Shown here: positions 21,702 to 32,240 of the stretch, one piece after another
Numbering within the stretch: position 1 is the stretch's first letter
Layout: each line of letters begins with the position of its first letter
From: Octopus bimaculoides
Lineage: Eukaryota
Length of the DNA stretch: 35,540 nucleotides
Assembly (NCBI RefSeq): GCF_001194135.2
Contig: NC_068987.1
Span: 78,980,310 to 79,015,849 of the forward strand
Reading direction: 5' to 3'
Program-made: the position numbers and the translations under genes
Notes under the pieces: model-generated
The model's database searches: none
What the model was told of the DNA's origin: nothing
The model's input: only the letters and a program-made list of their open reading frames with translations

Positions 21702-22491
21702 AACATAAGATATTATGCAGAGGACACAGTCTTATTTGTAGAATCGGAAAAGAAACTGCAGAGACTTCTGGATGTAGTGGTCAGAGAAAGTGAGAGGAAG
21801 GGGCTGTTCATAAAATAGAGTGGTGACGAAAAAAGGGAAGCCCAAAGTGCATGCGGAAAGTGAACGATAAAATCATTAAGCAGGTATCATCCTCCAACAA
21901 CTTGAAACTTTGATCACAGAAGACGCAGGATGTGTGTAGGAGATCAAGCCGAATAGTGCTGGCGAATAGTGCATTCCCCAAATTGTATAACAACTCGAAA
22001 AACCGTGCTCTGAGCATTTAGACGAAGATCCGTATATTGAACTGCTATGTCTACCTTGTGTTAATGTATGGAAATGGGGTATGGCCTATAACATCAGAAA
22101 TGAGAAGGTGTTTGGAGAGCTGTGATATGTGGTTCTTAAGAATAGTGAGGATAGCTTGGACAAAGTGTCTAATGAAATAGTCTGTGGTAAATAGGAAACT
22201 GGTCTGTGGTAAATAGGAAAATGTGAGATAAGGGTCAAGCAATAAATATTTCTTGGTCACGTGATGGGGAAAGAGGGTATAGAGAATTTAGGGATGACCG
22301 GAAATATTGAAGGGAAAAGAAGCAGGAAGGTCAAAGCTGATTTGGGTGTCAAGATTGATGACATAGTTGGAAGGAACAGGCATTATGCATCAGGAAGCGG
22401 AACTGTAACCGAAAACAAAGAACAGAGTATTGTGGCAGGACATCATCGCCTATGTCCTACATTCTGGACATGGCACCTAAAGAAAGAATGA
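21702..22491 (+). mobile_element. Decayed RTE-clade LINE, 3' part of reverse transcriptase ORF
   Basis: NIRYYAEDTVLFVESEKKLQRLLDVVVRESERKGL (YADD-like motif), KIIKQVSS, FLGHVMGKEGIENLGMTGNIEGKRSR and terminal GHGT* (22480); many stops and frameshifts; 22-bp tandem duplication at 22180-22220. Confidence 0.9.
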
Positions 22492-22564
22492 TCCATTTAT
22501 CAAGTGTTTAATTTTTACACATTAGTGATGTCAAAAGTTACGGCGGCGTACTGAGAAAATGAGA

Positions 22565-22770
22565 TAAAGGCGCCTCTACATGGCTATTTAAACTGTCGGA
22601 AATAGCAGCAAAGTCTCATTCTTAAATTAAATTTGACCGTCTTGAAAAATGGGAAAGGACTTCACAATACTCGAGAGAAATGAGGAAAATACCAAATGAG
22701 AAGGATATGTCACACATGTTCACCATCTTAGGTCTGTTTGATCAAGGCTGACAGATTTGAAGCTAAACGA
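22565..22770 (+). mobile_element. Family E copy, degenerate
   Basis: ggaaatagcagcaaagtctc...ccgtcttgaaaaatgggaaaggac...taggtctgtttgatcaaggctgac...gctaaac. Confidence 0.6.
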
Positions 22771-22809
22771 GAAGGGCAAGTAGAATTCAAAGGGAAAAGT
22801 TTGTAGTTT

Positions 22810-23850
22810 GCTGTATGACCTGCTAAAAACAGCAGTCTAAATATATCCAAAATATCTCTAGATATCATTTACAGCCTTGAAAAGGAAGGACACTTTGAAG
22901 AATATACAGGGTTTTGGGGCTAAATTTGAGGATTTGTTATGTCTCCTTTTTCCAGGAACAGCTTGATATATTGTTGAATAGTGAACGTTGAAGAGTATAA
23001 ATGTGAAAGTTGTAGTTCAGAAAAACTTAGCTAATATGGAGGACTAGAAGCCATCTGAAAATTGGAAATGAGTTAACTATATCACGATGAATCTCGCCAA
23101 ATATAAAGATACCGACAGCATGACAGCTACACTATACTTTAGGAACTCCGTAACAACTGTAAGACGTGACATGGAAAGAGGCTACGTTGTCGCAACCACC
23201 TGGAAGGGTCGGCAGGAGTTCTGACTGCGGCTTCACACCTGAATTCGTTCCCACACTTTTAAACAGGGCCTTTGGATAAATTCAGATACCTGTGTGTAGC
23301 TGCTGGAAACTGGTCAATCGCTGCCAGGTTGGGTTGTTGCTGAAAGGCCATATGTGTAACAGCAGGAATCGGTTCCTTGCTATTCCTCCGGAAAGAGTGA
23401 GATGTAGTTGTCAGAGACTTCATTAGCCCCAATTTCTGGCCTTTTAATACCTATAATTGTAATCCCATGGATTACTACGTGTAGGGTGTCTTTTTAAGAA
23501 GACACCAACAGCTCTGTCTGCAACACCAAGGCCGAGCTGGTAGCCAAGATCAATGAGGTATTCGAAGATCTTACGAGGGACACCGTGAGTTACGCATGCG
23601 CCAGGACCTGAAGCCGTCTAGAGGCCGTGATAGAAGCAGTTGAGCTATTTTCAGTAAATTGTTATCTCGCAGTCATAATGTAATCGATTTTTTTTTTAAT
23701 AATACTTTTATTTTGGGGTGGGATTTTTTTTTTGTTTTCCTTTTATGCAAACTCTCTCATCTGATTCGAACACCCTGTACTAGGAAAGGATTAGATGGTC
23801 AGAATTGGAGTGCCTTTGATCACAGGTATACCCGATAATAATTAATTTGG
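22810..23850 (+). mobile_element. Family E copy split by the Tc1/mariner insertion
   Basis: 5' part gacctgctaaaaacagcag...aaggaaggacac ends at 22906; 3' part gatggtcagaattggagtgcctttgatcacaggt resumes after 23779; collinear with 32899-33090. Confidence 0.6.
22907..23777 (+). mobile_element. Internally deleted Tc1/mariner (DDxD type, maT-like) transposon with degenerate terminal inverted repeats and TA duplication
   Basis: TA|CAGGGT at 22905-22912 and ACCCTG|TA at 23772-23779, about 19/30 matches between termini; N-terminal MED*KPSENWK from ATG 23036; C-terminal RPYV*QQES..., FWPFNTYNCNPMDYYV*G, CNTKAELVAKINEVFEDL...SRLEAVIEA. Confidence 0.85.
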
Positions 23851-24317
23851 AAATAAACATAGGGCCAACGTGGTTGATGAGCTATCTAACAATGACGGCA
23901 AAAGTTTTCTGTCTGTCTGTCTTTGTTTCTGTGTTTCTCTCTCTATCGCTCTCTTTCACACACACATACGCACCCATCATAATCAAAGCATTTTCATAAG
24001 TTTTTTTAGGAAATATCCATGATTGTTTTTCGACATCTAGTTATCCCTTGATTCATGGCCTCTGAGTAATATGAAGCTTTCCTTTCGTAAGTCTCAAGTT
24101 ATTCTGTGGTTTAAATCAAATTGAGAATGTGTATCATATAAACAAATCACCAGGGAAATGAATCCAGTGTAACACCTGTTATACTCAGGACAGGTAAAGA
24201 GTTAACTGAGAAGAAAACATACATTAGATTACAAGACAAGACGGACGTGGCTGAAAAATGGCAACAATAGCAATAAAACAACAAAAATAATACTGTAATA
24301 TCACACGTGTTATACAT

Positions 24318-24405
24318 CCTTCCGGTTTCCGAATATAAAGGATTTAAAGCAGGTTTGCAAACCTTCCGGTTTCCGAATATAAAGGATTTAAAGCAGGTTT
24401 GCAAA
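24318..24405. repeat. Perfect 44-bp tandem duplication
   Basis: CCTTCCGGTTTCCGAATATAAAGGATTTAAAGCAGGTTTGCAAA twice, no mismatches. Confidence 0.97.
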
Positions 24406-24699
24406 CGCAATACTCTGCATATTATTGATTTCATGTGCCAAAAAAATATTTTTTAAATGGATGAGGAAGAGTAAAACTTTGTATTTTTCTTTTGTTTGTC
24501 GCGTCTGTTATTTTATCCTTTGTTCTTGTTATTGAACTGTGGCCATAGTAGTGCAACATCTTAAGAAAATGTTTTAGTCAGTTATATGCATGCTGGTATT
24601 TCTGGCACATATTGATTTTTATCAATAGAGCAGCTAGATTACGTATATGAAATTTTGCTTCCTATATATCTTGGATTAGTAAATGCGTTAAATTTTCAA

Positions 24700-24870
24700 A
24701 AATTGTGCGTTGTGGTATTTGTTCCGTCTTTTTACATTCTGAATTCAAATCCAGACGAGGTCAGCTTTTCCATCTACCCTTTCGGAATTGATGAAAATAG
24801 TGTCTCAATGAAGTACAGGGTTCGAGAGATATTAATTAACTTTTCCCTCAAAATTGCTGGCGTTGTATGT
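24700..24870 (+). mobile_element. Family B variant, degenerate
   Basis: gttccgtctttttacattctgaattcaaatccagacgaggtcagc...ccctttcggaattgatgaaaata...aaaattgctggcgttgt. Confidence 0.6.
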
Positions 24871-25147
24871 GAATCAGAAAACATGTATTATATATTTTTT
24901 GTAAGAGCAAATTAAAAAGAAAAACTTATGATGAATGAATTTAATGGACATAAAATAAATGAATAATGAGAAACTGTAATGTAAATGGCAAACATTGATT
25001 TATTAGATATATGCATTTAAAGAACGATTGAGCTGTCGGTCAGTTTGTGTACAGCATCAAACAAATCATTACACACCAACACCACCACACCACCACACCA
25101 CATACCACCACACCACCATACCAGTCCACACTACATTACACCACTCC

Positions 25148-25227
25148 GCACGCACTAGCACTGACCACTTCCCAGCACCCACACCAGCGCACACACTAGC
25201 ACTGACCACTTCCCAGCACCTACACCA
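25148..25227. repeat. 41-bp tandem duplication in CAC-rich DNA
   Basis: gcac(g/a)cactagcactgaccacttcccagcacc(c/t)acacca twice. Confidence 0.9.
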
Positions 25228-27126
25228 TCATCCACACATCTACACATGCACACGCGCACACGTCAAGGTCACTAACCCCCTTCCACACGCACATATACGC
25301 TCTCACATACACACGCACGCGCACCTTCATTTTGGGATCACCGCTACTTTATTATCTACGGCAGCAGTTGTCTCTTCATTGGAAATTGGTAGTTAGACGT
25401 TTGTGAATGGAACTCAACAGTGTCTGGAGGACTTATAGAAGTGAGTGGAGAAATGAAAGAAAGAAGTACACAATATGTTTAGTAGGAGTTACATATATTA
25501 TTTAAAACAGTTTCATTCGGCTCTATATCACTTAAAGTTTTGCAGGCTACTGATAGAAACCTGCCACATTCAGGCACAAATTACTGAATGGAGGAATACA
25601 GGAAGTTCAATATGACTGCTGGAAAATGGGCTGCTGTTGGTCAAGGCAGGTCACGTGGTGTTGTTATATGTGAGATAGGCAATTCAACGACACCAGATGT
25701 GTTAGAAAGAAGAATTTCTTGGACCGCGTGGATTGACAGAAGCTGGTAGCGCCTTGGTGACTGGTGAGCATGTGAAGGGACTTGGAAGTCGACAGAAGGA
25801 AGGCCGCTGAGTTTGTGCGCGCGCGTGTGTGTGTGGATTCCAAATGTAGAACCGGAAGAAGATAAAGCTATAACTAATAGTGAATTATGGGTTCATGTTC
25901 CATGAGCAGCCTTCGACATTTTTACCTACACAGTTTTACTTCGTAGACCTTGAAGTCTCTAACTTCTTACTATGTAAACATTATGTATGTGTGTGTGGTG
26001 GGGGTGTGCATGTATAGAAGTGAAACATTTGCCTGTGTGTATCCGCCATCTTGAATGTAATATATGCTTTTTCATGGTTTTGTGTCACGTTTCTTCTGCA
26101 TTAGTTACTTAAACGCATGTCATGGTTAACAACGGCACAAAAGCAGCAGTTCCATCTCAGTGTGCTTAAAAACTATCCATAGTACAGTAAGCTGATGAAG
26201 GGCACATTATCGCCAACATATTTTTTGTTTGATTTGTCTGTTAAGTCATTTTATCTTTATTCCAATATCCTACACAAACACACACACTCGAAATAAAGTA
26301 CGGTAAACATCAGATGTAGTTTATAAAATTTGTTCCCTACGTACGTTTCACCACTGTGTTTATTTGCATTCTCCGCAGTGGATATTCATAGTGCAATTAA
26401 AAGCTGATCTAAAACAGTTTTTCAAGGCAACACTGTATGACATTTTATTTACACTGATCCAACGCTATACATGGTGCTCTAACCTTCCCAGCAGCTGTGG
26501 TATATCAGGCTGTAAGCACAGGAAGTATATATGCTTCATTTATTCCATGGATGACATTTGAAGTGAAATAAATAGTTCATATTTTAATGAAATAAATGGA
26601 ATAAATAGTTCATATTTTAAAGTTTAGAGCAAATTTTACCGAACATAATGTTTTTTCTTTTGTCAAATTGCTAAATTATAGGTACATCAAAAGTACTGAA
26701 CTTATGCTATCAAGATATGAGGTACAAATACCAATACACATATACATAGTTAAGCACGCACGCGCATGCGCATCGACTTTTGCACAGTTTTCATCTTGTA
26801 AATTTTCTCTTCACGTATAGGTAAAACGGGGCTACAAATACTGACTCAGGGCGTCGACTTCTCCCTTGAAATCCAAACACCTTTCCGCATACTTCCACTG
26901 CTGAGCTACCTTGCGTCTTCTCCATATCAAACTAAAGATCCTCTAGAGTTTGTGGAGCACCCCATGGGAAATTCTTCACTACCTTGCAAAGTGCTCCACT
27001 CGGTGCTACAGATGAACCTGCCATTACCTTTTTGATCCCCGTTCTTGATGTCTTTCTAATTGGGTTCATTACCATCAAATTCCATAGCTGGAGCAGGTGG
27101 ACCGATCAGCAACATGCAGTCCTAAT

Positions 27127-27174
27127 ATTATTTACATTATTTACTTTATTCGAACCTGAGTTCTCATTCCTAAG
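27127..27174 (-). mobile_element. Inverted, internally deleted copy of the hammerhead-bearing repeat at 27591-27734
   Basis: Reverse complement CTTAGGAATGAGAACTCAGGTTCGAA matches 27591-27616 (24/26) and is joined to AAAGTAAATAATGTAAATAAT matching 27711-27732. Confidence 0.75.
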
Positions 27175-27290
<116 letters not shown>

Positions 27291-27377
27291 TCCCTAGTGC
27301 AAAAAATCGTGTTAACTGGAACGACTCATGTACTGAGAAGACCATTATCGCTGTGAAGACAACATCCATTCATGAAT

Positions 27378-27408
<31 letters not shown>

Positions 27409-27550
27409 TTGTTTTTAAAAATACATATTTTACCTCTGAATTTGTGTGTGTAAACTGGGAATGCGTACAATGAGTTTCTCTGCCCTAGGTGTACGGAAAA
27501 CACTCGGCGAGAAATGGAAGAAAATTTGAAGAAAGAAGAAAAAAACAACA
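27291..27550 (+). mobile_element. 5'-truncated R4/Dong-like LINE 3' end flanked by (AAT)n
   Basis: VQKIVLTGTTHVLRRPLSL* at 27297-27356, then a 3' UTR ending in an A-rich stretch and AAT repeats. Confidence 0.75.
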
Positions 27551-27590
27551 ACATAATACTAATAATAATAACAACAGCATCTAAAAATAC

Positions 27591-27760
27591 CTGAGGAATG
27601 AGAACCCAGGTTCGAAATTTCCCCTTCCCCAGGACACCTGAAGAAGGCTGGAGTGTATATCAGCCGAAACGTTGTGTTAGCAACAAACAAGATGAGGACA
27701 AATATCCGTCAAATGTAAATAATGTAAATAATGTCTATAACTCCTCTTCTCTTAAATATA
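27591..27760 (+). mobile_element. Putative Penelope-like / retrozyme-type terminal repeat fragment carrying a hammerhead
   Basis: Contains the motif at 27633-27678 and a TGTAAATAA repeat; family assignment is inferred from the known association of minimal hammerheads with Penelope-like elements; no PLE ORF seen. Confidence 0.5.
27633..27678 (+). ncRNA. Minimal type I hammerhead ribozyme motif
   Basis: Stem I GACAC 27633-27637 / GUGUU 27674-27678; CUGAAGA 27638-27644; extra A 27645; stem II GGCUG 27646-27650 / CAGCC 27661-27665; GAAA 27666-27669; palindromic ACGU stem III; GUU triplet 27671-27673. Confidence 0.75.
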
Positions 27761-28121
27761 GAAATGTAGTCCTAGACACTTAATACCTGGAATCATCATT
27801 GAAGGTGTCTCTGAGGTGACGTGGCCGCTGTACATCTGCCCCCGTGCCTATTTCGTAAACCAATATGGATTCGCTAGAAAAGCTACTCGCTTCTTGGCTC
27901 TCTCCCCTTCTGTGGACTCTATGCCACTTAACACATCTTTAATTACATAAGCCTCTTCTGAGTGTTACTCCCCTGACTTATTAGCGATCCCTTTGCCTCC
28001 TTCCTGACGTCCTTGAATTGCTGCCCCTAATTCTTAAGCTCTTTCCTAAGTCGATCTATTTTACCGGATCTGTTGCTTCTAATGTAGGGATGTTTCGGTG
28101 CTATGTTTCCTACGTGGAAAG

Positions 28122-28175
28122 TGAAGTCACTGAAGAGGTTACATGTGGTGACCTCTTATGTGGCGAAACACTTCA
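28122..28175 (+). ncRNA. Hammerhead relic lacking the cleavage-site segment
   Basis: CUGAAGA 28130-28136; GUUACAU 28138-28144 / AUGUGGC 28158-28164 (2 G-U); GAAA 28165-28168; UGAAGU 28122-28127 / ACUUCA 28170-28175; stem III and NUH absent. Confidence 0.4.
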
Positions 28176-28276
28176 GACGAAGGACTCTAAAATAAGAATG
28201 AGTGAAGAATGAGTATATAGTGAGTGTGTTTATTTGGCAGAAAAAAAACAAAAAACAATGACCATGCCGAAATGCT

Positions 28277-28535
28277 GAGACCCCCTTCGGTCATGACTGA
28301 CCATGGGATTGCACCTAGAAAGTTACCCTCCCAGGCACAAGTCCGCGCAAGGCTGTTAATGGAAGACAAGCAGTCGCCCATGCATACCGGCCTTCCCTCT
28401 CCACGCCACAAGTCTTATCCAAGGGAAAGGCAAAGGGGCCGATACAGCTTGGCACCTGTGACGTCGCAACTCATTTCTACAGCTGAGTGAACTGGAGCAA
28501 CGTGAAATAAAGTGTCTTGCTCAAGAATACAACAC
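28277..28535 (-). mobile_element. SINE family C' (same CORE-like domain as C, different 3' body), head lost in gap
   Basis: Reverse complement ttcttgagcaagacactttatttcacgttgctccagttcactcagctg matches 19191-19238; downstream sequence unrelated to C. Confidence 0.85.
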
Positions 28536-29617
28536 NNNNNNNNNNNNNNNNNNNNNNNNNNNNNNNNNNNNNNNNNNNNNNNNNNNNNNNNNNNNNNNNN
28601 NNNNNNNNNNNNNNNNNNNNNNNNNNNNNNNNNNNNNNNNNNNNNNNNNNNNNNNNNNNNNNNNNNNNNNNNNNNNNNNNNNNNNNNNNNNNNNNNNNNN
28701 NNNNNNNNNNNNNNNNNNNNNNNNNNNNNNNNNNNNNNNNNNNNNNNNNNNNNNNNNNNNNNNNNNNNNNNNNNNNNNNNNNNNNNNNNNNNNNNNNNNN
28801 NNNNNNNNNNNNNNNNNNNNNNNNNNNNNNNNNNNNNNNNNNNNNNNNNNNNNNNNNNNNNNNNNNNNNNNNNNNNNNNNNNNNNNNNNNNNNNNNNNNN
28901 NNNNNNNNNNNNNNNNNNNNNNNNNNNNNNNNNNNNNNNNNNNNNNNNNNNNNNNNNNNNNNNNNNNNNNNNNNNNNNNNNNNNNNNNNNNNNNNNNNNN
29001 NNNNNNNNNNNNNNNNNNNNNNNNNNNNNNNNNNNNNNNNNNNNNNNNNNNNNNNNNNNNNNNNNNNNNNNNNNNNNNNNNNNNNNNNNNNNNNNNNNNN
29101 NNNNNNNNNNNNNNNNNNNNNNNNNNNNNNNNNNNNNNNNNNNNNNNNNNNNNNNNNNNNNNNNNNNNNNNNNNNNNNNNNNNNNNNNNNNNNNNNNNNN
29201 NNNNNNNNNNNNNNNNNNNNNNNNNNNNNNNNNNNNNNNNNNNNNNNNNNNNNNNNNNNNNNNNNNNNNNNNNNNNNNNNNNNNNNNNNNNNNNNNNNNN
29301 NNNNNNNNNNNNNNNNNNNNNNNNNNNNNNNCATGACAGTTACTTTGTTGAAGGTTGTATATACGCACATATATACATATGCATATACACATATGTAAAC
29401 ACACACACACATATATGTGTGTGTGTGCGTTTGCCCCTCTCACCATCGTCTAACGGTGAATTGATACAACGTCTTAGATACATATATGTACATATATAAC
29501 CTTACTTATACATATATAAACAAGTATACACAATCATATTGACACTCACACACGCTCACAAATATACATATTATCTTAAAGTATACATGCATATACGCTT
29601 AACCATCACTACACCTA

Positions 29618-29665
<48 letters not shown>

Positions 29666-30132
29666 CATAGACCCAACACGTGTATGTGTATTTGGTTAAG
29701 TGGATCGATGTTAAAATAACTTGACGCTAATACCAATGCGACCATGTGCCTCCTAAGCAGTCATTCGACCAGCTAGAAATAGTTGCAAAATTTCACTCAA
29801 ATCACACTCACAAGGCTCCTCAATAAACGAAAGACATAAAAAATACTACTCTATTTCAGGGTGGGGACGGAAGTAATTCGGAGTTCCTCATTGTTGTCTC
29901 GAATGTCATTAATCGTCAGTTGGCTTCATTAGATGAGATAGAGGGCTTAAATGCCAATATTTATATTTTTATACATGTCATACGCAGTGAATCGAACACA
30001 CGAACACAGGCATTACAATTTCACGATACATTGAGTGGATAAGGAAACATATGCATACAAGCACACACATAGAAGAAAACATTATTGTAATTGTGTAAAT
30101 ATACATCTACATACATCATATATATATAAAAC

Positions 30133-30182
30133 TGCTGTCGCTGCTGCTGTTGCTGCTGTTGCTACTACTTACTACTACTACT

Positions 30183-30247
<65 letters not shown>

Positions 30248-30256
30248 AACTACTAC
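30133..30256. repeat. Compound (GCT)n-(ACT)n microsatellite
   Basis: Direct reading. Confidence 0.95.
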
Positions 30257-30352
30257 ACAGAAGCATAAATTATCACACGCGCACAAAGACAGGCGCACGC
30301 ACTGCATATGTAGTCCCAGAAGAAATTAAATGATACATGCGTATATTTTGAC

Positions 30353-30714
30353 GCATGTGTGGTACCTAGCTTGCTTACCAACCACACGGTTCCGGGTTCA
30401 GTCCCACTGCGTGGTACCTTGGGCAAGTGTCTTCTACCATAACCTCGAGCCGACCAAAGCGTTGTAAGTGGATTTGGTAGACCGAAACTAAAAGAGGCCC
30501 GATGTATATATGTGTGTGTGTGTGTGTTTGTGTGTGTGCGCTCGCACGCGAGTATGTGTTGGTCCCCTCCCCCCACCACACACACAACATCGCTTGACAA
30601 CCGATACTGGTGTGGTTGCGTCCCCGTATCGTAACTTAGCGGTTCGGCAGAAGAAACCAATATAATAAGTACTAGGCTTACGAAGAATAAGTCCAGGGGT
30701 CGATTTGCTAAAAG
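30353..30714 (+). mobile_element. SINE family A, near full length with internal (TG)n
   Basis: Head ggttccgggttcagtcccactgcg, CORE-like accttgggcaagtgtcttct, internal TG tract 30503-30555, 3' body caacatcgcttgacaaccgat...cttagcggttcggc...ggggtcgatttg. Confidence 0.9.
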
Positions 30715-31124
30715 ATAAAGGAATAAAAGAATATATTCACACGTGTATGTAAATATAAATACACATTGGCTTAGTCTTTCTTTCTGGATTTTTTTTCTAT
30801 CTACGTGCAGGTACGTAACAACGGGTGCGTGCGCGTGCACATGCGTTTTTATACATATGTCTGTGCCTCTGTGTGTTAATTTATGTATATATGTGTATGC
30901 GTGTTGGTGTATACCAACCTACCTAGTTGTTACCTACCGATCTATCTACCTACCTACCTACCTACCTACCTACCTGTTTACCTACCTACATACATACATG
31001 CACACAAGGTCTTTCGCTACACCACTAAATTAATAGGACGTCTACCCCGGTTCTCAAGCGGTGGATGTGAAGAACAAACATATAGATGCGGAGGTAGTGT
31101 ACAGAGAGAGAGAGAGAGATGGGG

Positions 31125-31272
31125 AGGGCTTTTACGGATTTACCGTCTACGAAATTCACTCGCAAAATATTGGTCAGGATGGGACAATAGTCAAAGACAC
31201 TTGCCCGAAGTACCACGCAATGAGACTGGCTTGAAAACCACGTGGTTTTTAACCACAAGTCCATGGCCACGT
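31125..31272 (-). mobile_element. SINE family A, degenerate 5' half
   Basis: ccgtctacgaaattcactcgcaa...aagacacttgcccgaagtaccacgc...aaccacgtgg. Confidence 0.7.
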
Positions 31273-32024
31273 CTATTCTAATTCCTTGAAAATGCAAAAA
31301 AACTATGAAGATCATGAGACTAAAAACGCAGGTGATTTAGTCTTATGTCGTCCTCACCCAAACGATTTAATGTCTATGAACCATTAATATATCTTATATA
31401 TCGTTGTCATTATTGTCTTCCAAACTGTAACTGTTCATACCCAGTATTGTTCCCAGGTCTAATCTGACCTGGAAATAGTAGCACCGGCCATGGTTCCAGC
31501 TATGAGTTAATGAGTATGTCACGGAATTACATCCAGAAGAAGACCACTCGCAGACACTCCAGCCAACCCAGAGCAGGTGAGGCCCTGGAGCTCTTTAACT
31601 GTTTACCTAAGGGACGGTATCTGATAACTACTGTTCTTGAGATACTTGTTGCATCAGATCAACACAAGTTTGAAGAACTAGAGAATGGGTCTAGTTCTGC
31701 ACAAACCATACCCACAAAATAATATGCATTGTACAGGATGTTCAAAACAAACAAAAAAAAAAAAAAAAAAAAAAAAAAAAACAAGACACATCACACTTTA
31801 AGTCCAATGATGATTGCAAGAAGTGACGAAGACAAGTAGAAGACGCTGCTCTATATCTTCAGCTTTGACCCTGCACACAAGCTGTCATAGAGTGATGGTC
31901 GTTTCCCACTCTCCTACAGAATGCAGTCATACCTCATTGAACCCTCACTTGTCATCGTAGTATCAAAGAAGTCCATCATACTTCTGCGGTACCACATGCA
32001 AGTGCAATAACATTTCGATACCAC

Positions 32025-32240
32025 TATTCTATTCTATACTAGGCACAAGGCCCGAAATTTTGGGGGAGGGGCCAGTTGATTAGATCGACCCTACTACGCA
32101 ACTGGTACTTAATTTATCGACCCCGAAAGGATGAAAGGCAAAGTTGACCTCGGCAGAATTTGAACTCAGAACGTAAAGACAGACGAGATATCGCTAAGCA
32201 TTTCGCCCGGCGTGCTAACGTTTCTGCCAGCTCGCCGCCT
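32025..32240 (-). mobile_element. SINE family B, best-preserved copy with (ATAGA)-type tail
   Basis: Sense strand AGGCGGCGAGCTGGCAGAAACGTTAGC...GAGTTCAAATTC...GTCAACTTTGCCTTTCATCCTTTCGGGGTCGATAAATTAAGTACCAG...AAAATTTCGGGCCTTGTGCCT. Confidence 0.92.

Noticed and set aside
24041-24191. Possible small exons 24041-24086 (GTAAGT donor) and one ending at 24191 (GTAAAG donor)
   Set aside because: Weak exon-side or acceptor signals and not phase-compatible with the other plus-strand candidates.
26192-26215. Other CUGANGA matches (26192+, 33624+, and minus-strand hits at 13498-13504, 17914-17920, 29913-29919, 31857-31863, 33672-33678)
   Set aside because: Each lacks GAAA in position or at least two of the three helices.
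31510-31722. ORF with LFNCLPK resembling a CR1-like LINE C-terminus
   Set aside because: Only one short motif; flanking residues do not follow the pattern I expect. A translated search is needed.
31753-31781. 29-nt poly(A) as a retrocopy tail
   Set aside because: No target-site duplication or identifiable upstream gene found.
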